From: Perkinsela sp. CCAP 1560/9
Taxonomy: Eukaryota; Protista; Euglenozoa: Kinetoplastea
Length of the DNA: 64,000 nt
Assembly (NCBI GenBank): GCA_965644495.1
Contig: CBFFSA010000003.1
Location: 310,001 to 374,000 of the forward strand
Direction: 5' to 3'
Position 1 is the first letter of the stretch. Each line of letters opens with the position of its first letter. The notes beneath the pieces were generated by a model that was not told the DNA's origin, made no database searches, and was given only the letters and a program-made list of their open reading frames with translations. The translations under genes were made by a program, and so were the position numbers. Shown here piece after piece: positions 9,761 through 20,655 of the stretch.

Positions 9761-11255
9761 ATGACATCAAAGTGTTTGTCTTCGGCACTTGTCTCAGGCT
9801 CAAGAGCAGTCAATCGCTCTTGCAATGCGTCATTGCTCTCAATAGACATATAATTTAGGAGAACATTTAACTGGAAAGGAAAAACGTACTGTTGTTAGTA
9901 AAAAGGATGAAAATGATCCAGAGAAAGAAACAAAGGAAAATACAGGGTTCGCAGAAACTTTAATAAGTAAAATAAAGTTTTCTTTTTGCGAATAAAGTTA
10001 CTATATAGTACTTTATTGACTTTATTTTACTATAAATTTTTCATTTTTCAATAAAAGCGACAGAATACGGCTGCCTAGTGGAACAGTGGACTTTACTGAC
10101 GGGTGGCGTGGCAAAAAATCTGGCGGGGCAACACTCTGGACTGTAGAAGGAGTCTACAAAACTCCATGGGGAGTTATGGTGTATCCGTAATGGCTCTACA
10201 GGAGACGCGTTTGTCGTTAAAAAGTGGGGATCCGATTCTTCATCGTCGGCTCTACCTTGCTGGAAAAATCTATCTATCTTTTTATCTAAAGGGGTCCGGG
10301 AGAACGCCCTCGTCAACCTTTTGTTATTCTGACATATTTCATGCCCCCTGGCGCGATCGCGCGGCTCGTCCCGTCGAAGAAGCTGGCCAGAAGAGTGGGG
10401 AAGTTCGGGGGAAGCCTCAATGAAGGACGCGAATGTGACAGACAGTCAAATGCGATGTATGGTTCAGCGTCTCGGGCAAGTTTCGCACTAGTGTTGAAGC
10501 ATCGGGAAATTTCATATTTGTGTCCTTTGATCGCCGAACTCCCTTTTCTGATCGGGTCTCAGAAGTGTAAATTCTCAGCGCATCGATGCTTGATTTCCGA
10601 CGAGAGAGAGACCGCAGCGCTTGAGCTATTAAACTCTTTTTCTGCTCGTGCTGCGTGCTTCGTTTTCGTCAGAAATGCGGAGATATGTCGCGGGTCATCC
10701 CCGAAATGCGTGCTAGGCCGTAAAAATACACTCATCCAGGAAGCATTGAAAATTGCTCTTATGAATCTAATTCGAATAAACCTTTTTGGGGATCTCTTCG
10801 CAATGAAAATATAAGGGACATGTTTATTAACAACATTGCGAGCTCAATGCAAGGGAGCAGCAAAAGACCGAGAGATGTAATGGTTCATGTAATGTGGGAT
10901 AGGCTCTCGAGTGCGATAAAAAGAGCGTCAGAACAGCTACCCTTAATTAACCCGTACCGTAATAAAGCCCCGCACTGTACATTGGATGCTCAAAAAGTAA
11001 ATGTGCTAAAGAGCCGTCAGCCTCCTTAAAAAATGAAAGGGAAAAATAAAGTAAAATAAAGCTTTTTTTTCTTAAAAAAAATAAAGTTACTATAAAGTAC
11101 TTTATTTAAAGTTTTAAAGTTTCCGCGAACCCTGGGAAAATATAGCTAGAAGAGTACATCGAATCGGAAATTCCACATAAAAATAACACATAAATTTATA
11201 ATATACAAATGTAGACTGGTTTTTCTATCTCTCCCCACCGAAAATACGAACCGTA
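9761..11255 (-). repeat. Dispersed repeat (end of an ISL2EU/PIF-like element) split by a hAT insertion; second copy at 39040-39365
   Basis: 9761-9942 plus 11143-11255 align with 39040-39325; the 39 kb copy ends in ACCCGCAGCCCCTC, the same terminus as 15511-15524. Confidence 0.7.
9943..11134. mobile_element. Non-autonomous/degenerate hAT element
   Basis: TIR CAGGGTTCGC(A/G)GAAACTTTAA; perfect 8-bp TSD GGAAAATA at 9935-9942 and 11135-11142; empty site seen at about 39215. Confidence 0.85.
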
Positions 11256-11299
11256 GCCGAGGGTAAGTATATCTCTATTAATAGTTTTAGAAGACACGT

Positions 11300-11905
11300 G
11301 TATACCCTTTCTTTACATTTTTCCGCGAATCTTGCGAGTAGATCCATTTATAGGAACCCCTGCTAGGTCTAAAGGCTCAATAAAGCTTGTAACGAGATTT
11401 TTCCGGTTTTTGATTCGTTTTTTTGCTTCAAGGCTTAGAGTATAGTTTCTTTTATCAGGCGAATTATTTTTCAAATATTTTCTAATATATTTAACATTAA
11501 CATTAAACTCGCGAACTAGTTGCTTCTTCGCGACCCCCTGACCATACCTCATGCGCAATAACACCTTTCCGCTTTCTGTAAGACTACCCCTCTGGAGTCG
11601 ATACGTACAAAAACAAAAAAGGGGATATTTTCATTTTTTGACCTTCCAAACGGGCTAAAAACAGCGGGAACATGTATAGCTCAAAAATTTACACGATAAA
11701 GTGGTGTCATGACCTATACACGTCGCGTTGTGCACAAAATAAGAGGGGGTGCCTTTTTCATGTCTAGGAGTTTATAAGGTTAGTGACCAAGTGTCGGAGG
11801 AAATAAATCCCAAACTGAGATCTGCAAAATGCCACTGAAATTAGCTCAAACAAGCAAAGCGTCGAAATTTTACAGGGGGTGCCTTATTTTCGCCAGGGGT
11901 TTATA
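11300..11905 (-). mobile_element. Tc1-like remnant (same family as 33663-36258)
   Basis: ORF 11313-11564 (LLRMRYGQGVAKKQLVREFNV...YTLS) is homologous to the N-terminus of the 33848 transposase; two terminal-repeat-like ends at about 11775 and 11903. Confidence 0.75.
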
Positions 11906-12254
11906 AGTACTGTACACCCCCTAGTTATCTGTCGCTACTTTTCTAGAAAAGGTGACAGAAATAAATATATGAGGGGCTGCGGGTCGCAGGTTCGGTGCGG
12001 GTTCGGCGCGGGTTCGGCGCGGGTTCGGCGCGGGTTCGGCGCGGGTTGAAAAAAAATCCTCTGAAAGCATGCGAAATTAGCCGGAGCTGCAGACATTGAA
12101 GGAGAAAAATAGTTAGATCGAAGGAGAAATCATAATGTGCGACATACATAGTGTGCATAATATACGATAATAACAAAAATTTATAAGCCATGTATACGAT
12201 ATGACTACGTAGTTTACATTTCGCAATTCATGGAAAACGACTAGATACTTAATT

Positions 12255-13478
12255 TTATTTAGTTTTTGATCCATGCTGTGGTTTCTTGGGAACATATCCC
12301 ACATCGTATATGTGTTCTTTGAGCCAATCCCTCCGTTCATCAATCGGTTTGACTAAACCACACCCTTTGCTACACCAACAAAAAGATGAGTCATCGATAT
12401 TTTGTAAGTGTACATTTATTTCACTATCAAAGTCGTATTGGGGTTCTGATGCAAGCAAACCATACACTGCAACAGATACAATCTGAACGGCATCCTTTAC
12501 CCACGTAATATCGTGGTCCGTTCCATGAAAAAAACGAAATTTATCGAAATGAGCGAAACAACGCTCGATTCTTGAACGAATCCAAGAATGCATGCGGTTG
12601 AACCGATCCTGGTGTTCATCAAGGCAACCTTTGCGTGGTGCTTTGAATTGAACAAATCAGTGGTTGCAACCCACGTATCTTAGATCCGCCAAAAACATTT
12701 CATCTTCATGATGGTCAAAAAGAAATGTTCCGTGCGTGGTTCTTTCTTTATAAATTTTCGCATCATGTACACTGTCCGGAACGGGTCCGCGAAAAAAAAT
12801 AGGGACTCCGGCAAGCGTAAGCCAGAACACCACTTTAAAACAGTGTTCCCTGTGCTTACCGGAGTAGGTCGCATCTTTTTTTCTCATTTCTTGAGAGGCT
12901 TCGTCCCATACGTCCCGCGGTTTCCTTGCACGACATGGGATTGTCGTGACGTCCATCATACATGTCACGTCAGATATCCAAGATACCCCATGTTTGAAAC
13001 GAAGTTTCGGATTCATTAAAGCAGGAGAGCGGCAAAGATCAGCGATGCGGCTAAAGTCATCGCGGAGAGTCCTGATGGATAGACATGGGATTGTCGTGAC
13101 GTCCATCATACATGTCACGTCAGATATCCAAGATACCCCATGCTTGAAACGAAGTTTCGGATTCATTAAAGCAGGAGAGCGGCAAAGATCAGCGATGCGG
13201 CTAAAGTCATCGCGGAGAGTCCTGATGGATAGAGGAGGAGTTTCGGGAGCAATCCACATGGGCTGTAAATCATACAGTTGCTCCCATGTGCAGTTCAAAG
13301 CGCACATAGCTAAGGAAGAGCTAAGGCGTCTGAGATCAGTGTCCGTGGCGACAAGAGGACTTGCTCTCTGCAGCTCAAGAAAAAAATCTGTGAGTTGCTC
13401 TCTGGTAATGCCGTACATGATAGAATTGCAGGATAAAATATCGCCTAGAGAGAAAACAAAAAGTAAGATGACATTCAT
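12255..13478 (-). pseudogene. ISL2EU/Harbinger-like DDE transposase with an in-frame stop and a 150-bp internal duplication
   Basis: MDVTTIPC (D1), YSGKH...FK, GPVPDSVHD, LADLRYVG (D2), RSRIERCF (E); TGA at 12657-12659. Confidence 0.75.
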
Positions 13479-13536
13479 GGGTAAGATACCTAACTTATTC
13501 GTGATACAAGATGCATGATATCTAAAAAAAGAATGA

Positions 13537-14473
13537 TAAACCCCTCCGCATCAAAAAGGCACCCACCCTTATTTTTCGCACGAGGGGGGCTAGGGGGGTT
13601 ATCGCACCACTTTATCGTGCAAAATTTTGAGATCTGTACGTTCCCGTTGTCTTTAGGTCATTTCGAAAAATATAAAAAAGTTGAATGTATTTTTTTTAAA
13701 AAATCACTTTTCATGCCAAAAAATACGTATTGACTCCCCAGGGGTGGTCTTACAGAAAGTGGAAAAGTGTTATGGCGCATGAGGCTTGGTCACGGGGTTG
13801 CGATAAGGTAACTAACCCGCGGGTTTAATGTCAATGTGAAACATATTGGAAAATATTTGAAAAACAATTCGCCTGAAATTCTTTACACTCTGAGCCCTGA
13901 AGTAAAAAAAGAATCCAAAGACACTTTGTTATTCTTCCATCCAACTGAATTACATGTGTTTCGTATATTAAAACATTAAAAAAAGTATCATTCACCCCAA
14001 ACTGTATTTTTCAGCAAGATGGGGCAACACCTCACACTGCGAAGGAAACAAAAGCGTACCTTGATGACAACAAAATGAAATTTTTGAAAAATTGGCCGCC
14101 CAACTCCCCCGATCTCTCACCAATAGAAAACGTGTGGAGCATGGTACAAAGTCTTGTAGATGAATACAATCCGGCAAATAAAGAAGATCTCATAAAAAGC
14201 GTACGTAAAGCTTGGCGTAAATTGTCTCAAGATTATATTTATGATTGGGTTTTGAGCTTAGATGCTCGCCTCAAAGCTTGTGTGGCGAGTAACGGAGAAA
14301 AGGTGACAAAATGGTAATCTTTCTCTAAAATATACGTATTCGTTTCTTTTTGTTTCATTTCTTCACGCGCAAAGTCTTTATGTTGAGATCTGCAAAATGC
14401 AACAAAAATCAGCCCAAACGGAGATTTGGCTGAAAAGTTAAGGGTGGGTGCCTTATTGGTACGGAGGGGTTTA
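13537..14473 (+). mobile_element. Internally deleted Tc1-like element
   Basis: TIR TAAACCCCTCCG...AAGGCACCCACCCTTA; remnants FQQDGATPH and WPPNSPDLSPIENVW...GEKVTKW. Confidence 0.85.
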
Positions 14474-14590
14474 TATTAAGGTTAGCACTTCAAACTTCAA
14501 AAAAAACGAGCTTATCACTTCTCTTGAATTACAACTCTTTTTCTCTTACGTACGCTTTGTGGGGGAAACGTTCGCTTCTGCGAGGGAAAA

Positions 14591-15256
14591 CTAAAGGGAA
14601 GGAAAGCGCATCACGCGAGAGGAACGTGGCTTCAAAGAGGCTTCCCCAAGCGAAGGTTGAGGGAGCGAGGAAGGTTGAGTGCGCAAGTTGGGTGAAGAGA
14701 TCACCGTACAAGAAAGGGATTCCTCTGCTACGTTTTCTTTACCCTGGCCACTCTTCTGTTTGCGCCACAGAGTGCATGATCTGGAACGCTTTCCTGAAAC
14801 AGAACGCCACACGTTCTCCACAAACTCCTCCACAGCTCCTCCATGAGGAGGGGCGTAGAGAGGGTTCTGTTCCAAGAAAGCTTCCAGATCACGCGTCGCC
14901 TCTGCAAGGAAGTAGACCCCTCGTGGCAGACAATCCAAGAGAAGGTGTCCTCGGCGCTCCACAAGGTGGAAGATGACACGCTGCAGCACTTGGGAGCTAA
15001 CCTCCACGCCAAACACAGAGCGTGTGGCATGTAAGTAGCTGTCCATCGTGCGCGATACGCGCCTCATGCATTCTTCCACCTTGGCTCCCAACTCCTCCTC
15101 AGTGATAACGAGCGCTGGGGGGGCGAAAGGAGTTTTGCGCTTCGTGAAGGTGCGCATAAGCGATGCGACAATGACGTCGTATACGTCATCATCCCTCGCA
15201 GATGTTACCTTCATACGTGAAGTGAAATCTTCGTTGCTCTCAACAGGGCTCATCAT
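14591..15256 (-). CDS. Second (accessory) ORF of the ISL2EU-like element, unknown function
   Basis: 221-aa ORF inside the TIRs; N-terminus (ESNEDF..TSARDDDVYDVI) resembles the remnant starting at 9849 (ESNDAL..TSAEDKHFDVI). Confidence 0.5.
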   Translation of the reverse strand: MMSPVESNEDFTSRMKVTSARDDDVYDVIVASLMRTFTKRKTPFAPPALVITEEELGAKVEECMRRVSRTMDSYLHATRSVFGVEVSSQVLQRVIFHLVERRGHLLLDCLPRGVYFLAEATRDLEAFLEQNPLYAPPHGGAVEEFVENVWRSVSGKRSRSCTLWRKQKSGQGKENVAEESLSCTVISSPNLRTQPSSLPQPSLGEASLKPRSSRVMRFPSL

Positions 15257-15906
15257 ATAAAAAGGAGGATAATGTAAAAGAATTATGCATGTATTGTGGA
15301 GGGTATATTAATTGTACATTTGATTTGTGTAATGCATACACCGTTCGGATACAGCACCGTATACAGCGTACACCGTATTTTCACAGTAGGGCGGCTATGT
15401 ACGGTAACAAACTAAAAAAACTACACTTTAAGCTACTTTGTACGTGTACAATCCATTTTTTTTCGACCTCAAATGCAAAGCGCGGGTTCGGTGCGGGTTC
15501 GGTGATGCACACCCGCAGCCCCTCATATATATTATATGGAGGGGATAACGAGCTCCGACTCCTATTTTCCAATTTTGACCGTAGAACTCCACGCAAAACC
15601 ATTAGCCTAAAGGCAGAGCAGAAAAACAATTGAAGTTTCGCTCCTAATTTTATAAATTTTTCATTTTGTTTAGAAAAGCGACAGATAACTAGGGGGGGTG
15701 GTCGACGAAAAAAAATATTCGAAGGGCCGAAAAGCGACAGATAACTAGGGGGGGGGGGTGACAGATAACTAGGGGGGGTACAGTACTAAGTATTACTAGG
15801 ATATACATAAATAATTTATGGTAAATAACTTATGGTATACTGGGGTATAAATTCAAACTTTTTTATTAGCCAAACGGGATAAAGTAAATCCAACCAAAAA
15901 CATTTA

Positions 15907-17555
15907 ACCCCCCCCCCCACGGTTATTGTTCACAATTTTTATTGCGAGTTTTGTGAACAATAACCGTCATTGTGAATAAGTCGCGTAATTTCCACGTATT
16001 GTTCACATTTTTTAAACTGGAAATGTTTTCCTTTGTAACACGAGGCAAAATCCGTGTCAATCCACTGAAGCCAAGATGTGCAGCTAGAAGGAATTATGCA
16101 GGGGAAGCAACCGAATGTCACGCATAGCGTCTAAGCTGTTTTCCGTCATGTGAACTTTACACGAGTCAAAAATTGCAACTCCATTACTCATTTTATTGCG
16201 CTCAAGGACACGCTTCAGATCGGGCAAGAATGTTCGCTGATAAAAAACGGATGTTACAACACCCTTGGGGGTCCAAGCTCTTTTTGTTCGGGAATCATAG
16301 GCTTCGTTTCTTACAGATGAACGTTTTGGGGAACCTTTCAAAACTATAATAATAGGAAGACGAAATACAGTAAAAGTTTCCAAGATCACACCCGCACCAG
16401 TCAAAAGAGTACCAATTATCTTGAAGTCATTTGGGTCGAGGTTCACACGAACATCGTGATCCCCCGCCTCTGTTATCGTACGAACGCTTCCCATTTTACC
16501 AGAGAGCGTAATTGGAATTTCATCGAAATTGGGGACAAAGGAACAAAGTCTGGTTTTTAGACACCGGTAAAGGTGACAATGTATTTGTTGCGCTTTACGA
16601 GCAACCGTTTCAGGAGTTAAAGAAGACTGTCGCTTGACGTACTTGAGTCGTAAATGGAACCTTTTTAGAAACTTCAAGATGTAGGAGTACGACACAGTGG
16701 TTTTGTTCCCGCAAAGAAAACGCATATCAGGATCTTGCAGGGCTCTTATTGCTTCCTCATGAACCATAGCGGGGCTTACAAACTCTCCAGAAGCGCGCTT
16801 CGCCTCTACAAAGGACTTAAATGAATTTTCAAAGGCGCAGTACGACATTTTTCCAGCGGAGGTATTTTTCGCAAGCCCTTCTGAGTGCGCACTTCTGACA
16901 GAGAACTTTCCCAACGCGCAATTTGCTCCTTTCGATGAACAGAATATAGACCCTTCCACTTAATTCGAACCCATGCTTGTAGCCTGGCTATGGATTTTCT
17001 GTCCTCCTGATCCAGGTCGTTCCACTTTCGTACGATTTTACCTTTGACCTTGTTTGGAACGTCCCGTCTAACAAAGCTTCGTGTATCGGTGCCTCTTAAC
17101 AATATTCGACTTCCCCGCACTTGCTTTTGTGCAGGAGTTGGAATGGGGGACATATTAAGAGCAGCTTCTGGTTCCGAGGATCCTGCAGAACTATCTTCTG
17201 TCTCAGTTTCATTGGAGTCATCTGTTCGAGAAGATTCGCTTGCTTCTGTTTCAGAGGAATTTTCCTCAGATCTTGCTTCGTTGAGTGTCGCATCACTTGT
17301 GCTAATATTGGAAGAATCATCATCTGACAACGCGTCCGCTGAAACAGAGCTTGCTTCACCGTCGCTCGGAACAACACAATATGTTATTTCCCTTGAAGTT
17401 TCCCGATGAAATTCCTTCTGCAATTCAAAAAGATTCTGCAAATCAAGACGGTGATCCCCCAAGGTCATTTCAAAAAATTGTGAACAATAAAGAATGTGAA
17501 CAATAAGTGTCTTTGTGAACGATAAAAAATGTGAACAATAACCGTCGGGGGGGTT
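15907..17555 (-). mobile_element. Pogo-like DDD transposon, frameshifted
   Basis: TIR CCCCCC..ACGGTTATTGTTCACA at both ends; ORF pieces 16806-17594 and 16084-16959 with HTH-like region, NFDEIPI, IFDSCKVH, and shifted IPSSCTSWLQWID. Confidence 0.75.
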
Positions 17556-19336
17556 TAGTTTACAATTCCAATTTAGTATCTTAGTTGCAGACACTCTGAT
17601 GGCTACATTTCAAGAACTTCAGAGGAAGAGTAAGTATACCATATTTCTTCAAGAAATGGATATCCAGTACGCACACCGAATGGTCTCGATTTGTTAAGTA
17701 AATCGAAGTCCTGAGCAATTGTCTGTCCCGTAATCTCACTGTAGGAATAATCGACTTCTGCGCTAGGAGACTTCTTCCCCAAAGATACAGCAGCTTGACT
17801 CCTTCGCCGTACTTCGCCGTCAGTATCCAGATTCACCTTTCTATTCCGTTGTTGTCTCGTGGAGGACATGAAAACTAATAACTCAATTTACTGTAATATC
17901 TTATTGCATTACCAAATAAATATAGCAGACAAAGAAATACGATACCTGATCCGATTTCAAAGAAATTTACTCTGACTATAACAAAATTACGGCTACAGAC
18001 TACTTATATTGTACCCTACTTTTATAAGTTTTACTCTTTATACCACCTTTTTACTCTTTTTCGTTTATTCGGTACACGAGCACATACGGGACAAAAATAC
18101 GTAGGATAGATATACAGAACCAAAAAAAATATTACCGTAGAAAAAAAGCGCGACAAAATACAAAAAAAAAATGAAAAAAAATGAATATTTTTTTTTGGGT
18201 ACAATGTAAGTTCCCATTTTCCTAAAAAACATTTGGAATAGCTTTGTGGGAGATTTGAATCGAAGGCGTGTGACGATTCGGTCCGATCTACAGTCTAGAA
18301 TCATGAAGAAGCTATCAGGGCATGAAGAGAAGTTTCGTGTACCGTTGACTTACTGTGACCCCCCCTTTTAATATGCACACGTTTTTGGGGTTTGTGCATA
18401 TTAAGGGGGGGCATAAGAGGGGGGAGAACCCGTCCCCCTCCCGATAAAAATTGCGCTTTTATTTCCTGTGCGTTTTTCGGTGGAATTAACCCAATATTGC
18501 ACAATTTTTTTTCCTTCTTTTTTTTAACACTTTTCCAATTTTTACTTCTTCGCCGCCATCCATGAAAGAATCAAAGATTCGCATGGAGGATCAATTTCCT
18601 TCGTGAAGAGGGCATTGGATTGCGACGACTACGAGCGCATCCGTAAGAGCAAAGATTTGGGAAGTTTTTCGAACTTACGTGGAGGTGAGGCGCATACTGT
18701 ACACCCCTGTATTAGGGGGGGAAGCTTGATCACGAAAGCGATATCTGGCCAAACGTTTACATCGCACAGCGTATTGGGCAAGTTCTTCGAAATATTTTTT
18801 GTTTCCATGTTAAAGGGGGTGCTACATTTAGCAGAGATGATGGCCCGGGAGGGGGGCGGGGTTGTTCGTGTGTGCCAGCATTAAAAATGTTAAGAACGTG
18901 TACATATTAAATATTAAAATATTTACTGTGCAGTAGTATTTACTGTTGCGGATTACAGGAACTCCTTAATTCACATCGTACGGTACAGGCTTCTATCATC
19001 ACGTTATCCAAGGTTCCCAACTACAAAAAGTGGTACGGTAATACATTTTGCAGCCTGTGCAAAGAAAAATGATAGAGAGGAGTCGTGTAAATAGCAAAAA
19101 TATGATGCTTAATCCCTCACTTGGAAAATACTGAAATTTTGTCTGCGCTACCACCGTGGAAAAAAATCGCGTTTTTTGTGGGCAAAGACCCAGACAATGT
19201 GGAACGATTACAGGGGGGAAATTAAGTTATGTCAGCAAAAGTCGTGCTAATTTCTGGGATTAACACGATTTATGTTGACTCTTAGGCCGGATGATGGGAC
19301 TTAGCGATCCCAGCTTCCCGATCTAACTCACCCAGC

Positions 19337-20655
19337 GTACCTTGTTGAATTCAACAATATATTTAACTTCTCAGTCCCCCATGGCCCCTTCACCCCATCC
19401 AGCAAAGGAAGAATACCGCCTGGTGTGTCCGCTGCCCTCTTCGCCCCATTCCCCCCCATCACCACCTTGTTTAGCACCCCAGCGCCCTTCATCCCACAGC
19501 GCCGCCCCCTTCGCCGTCCCCCTCACCCCCTTTCGTCACCCCTTCATCCCCCCCTCCTCGCCCCCTTCGCCGGCCCGTATCGTCCCCCCCGATTTATCCC
19601 CTCTTCGCCGCCCCCTTCATTCGCTTCCGCTACACGTTTGCCCTTCTTTGCTGCCCTCTTCGCCGCCCCTCAATGCCGCGCTTCTCCCCACGCTCCCCGC
19701 CGCTGCCTCTCCCCCCCCTCCTGCTCTGACTTCGTCGCCCCCCCTTTCGCCCCCCCTCCCCGCTCACTGATCTGCGCATCCTACGCCGCCTCGCTCACCA
19801 CCAGCGCCGCCCTCCTGGCTCCCCTCCTGCGCAATCTTCTTCACCCCTTCGCCCCCTGCCTGGCCACCCTGTCCGCGCCCCCCTGCGCCCTGCACCGCCT
19901 TTGCATCCGGCGTCCTCTTCGTCCCCCTTCGCCGCCCCTTTCGCCGTCCCCCTTCGCCGCCCCACTCGCTGTCCCCCTACACCCCCTTCGCCGAAGAATG
20001 GCGCCGCCCGGTACCGAATATAACAAGGTACAAAAAAACTAGGGTGTGCGCCATTCATGCCAAACTTTGGAGTCGTTTTTTCTTCTTCCTTTGTGCGGCT
20101 TGCAACTAGCCCATGATAACGGGGCTACAGTGTTAATTCGGAAAGATACGAGCTCGTTGAAGCCGAGGTTTAGCCCTTTGAAGCTGAGGAGCCAGTCCGC
20201 TCAAGGGTATAACACCCTGGATGACTTGGTCCGTTGAAGCTGAGGAGTCTAAATCGTTGAAGCTGAGGAGTCTAAATCGTTGAAGCTGAGACTCGAGACT
20301 CTCGAACTATGCCAGCAAGCCGTTTTCGAGCTAATTTCTCCTTTGGGAGACGTGGGGCGTTCGGAATGAATCAGGGATAGCACCCGATTCGCCGAATAGC
20401 GAGGGCATAGCTCTCCACGTGCCCGGGGGAGGCGACACTAGGACCTGCGGAACACTCGTATGTAATCGTATGATTACAATGTGAAGTCCTAGCCCGAAAG
20501 GGTTAGGATTGTTCAGCGGCCAAGGTGGGTTAAAACCCACCTTTGAGTGGCGACCTTCCCCCAAGCTACCTCGGCTTACTCCGGGGAGGCAACACCCCTT
20601 TACGGGATAAAAAGCCTTATAAACCATCTATCATCTTGATTTACCATCTACCATG
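19337..20655 (+). mobile_element. Structured SINE-like retroposon (family A, copy 1)
   Basis: C-rich leader, conserved hairpin 19996-20056, GTTGAAGCTGAG repeats, multi-branch fold, 3' stem-loop and CATCTA-type tail; body closely similar to the minus-strand copy at 30655-33330. Confidence 0.7.

Larger units (their letters stand above)
11971..15524 (-). mobile_element. PIF/Harbinger-superfamily (ISL2EU-like) two-ORF transposon
   Basis: 14-bp TIR GAGGGGCTGCGGGT / ACCCGCAGCCCCTC, flanked by ATATAT on both sides; (GGGTTCGGCGC)n subterminal repeats; DDE ORF plus a second ORF. Confidence 0.8.
11910..15783. mobile_element. TA-flanked Tc1/pogo-type MITE, host of nested insertions
   Basis: TA|CTGTACACCCCCTAGTTATCTGTC ... 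GACAGATAACTAGGGGGGGTACAG|TA; GACAGATAACTAGGGG repeated three times near the right end. Confidence 0.75.

Noticed and set aside
20005-20042. Helitron 3' end (hairpin followed by CTAG)
   Set aside because: Homology and the outer stem continue beyond CTAG, the next base is G not T, and copy 4 has a TSD and tail typical of retroposition
20010-20042. preQ1-I riboswitch (5-bp stem then AAAAAACUA)
   Set aside because: The loop lacks the UAG/C residues needed for the pseudoknot and ligand pairing; eukaryotic repeat context
20180-20290. Hammerhead ribozyme (CTGAGGA cores)
   Set aside because: No GAAA directly after a stem II and no matching stem I/III arrangement
20555-20615. HDV-like ribozyme (GGCAACA, CCTCG loop)
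   Set aside because: Could not assign P1/P2 with a catalytic C-containing J4/2; a simple nested stem fits better
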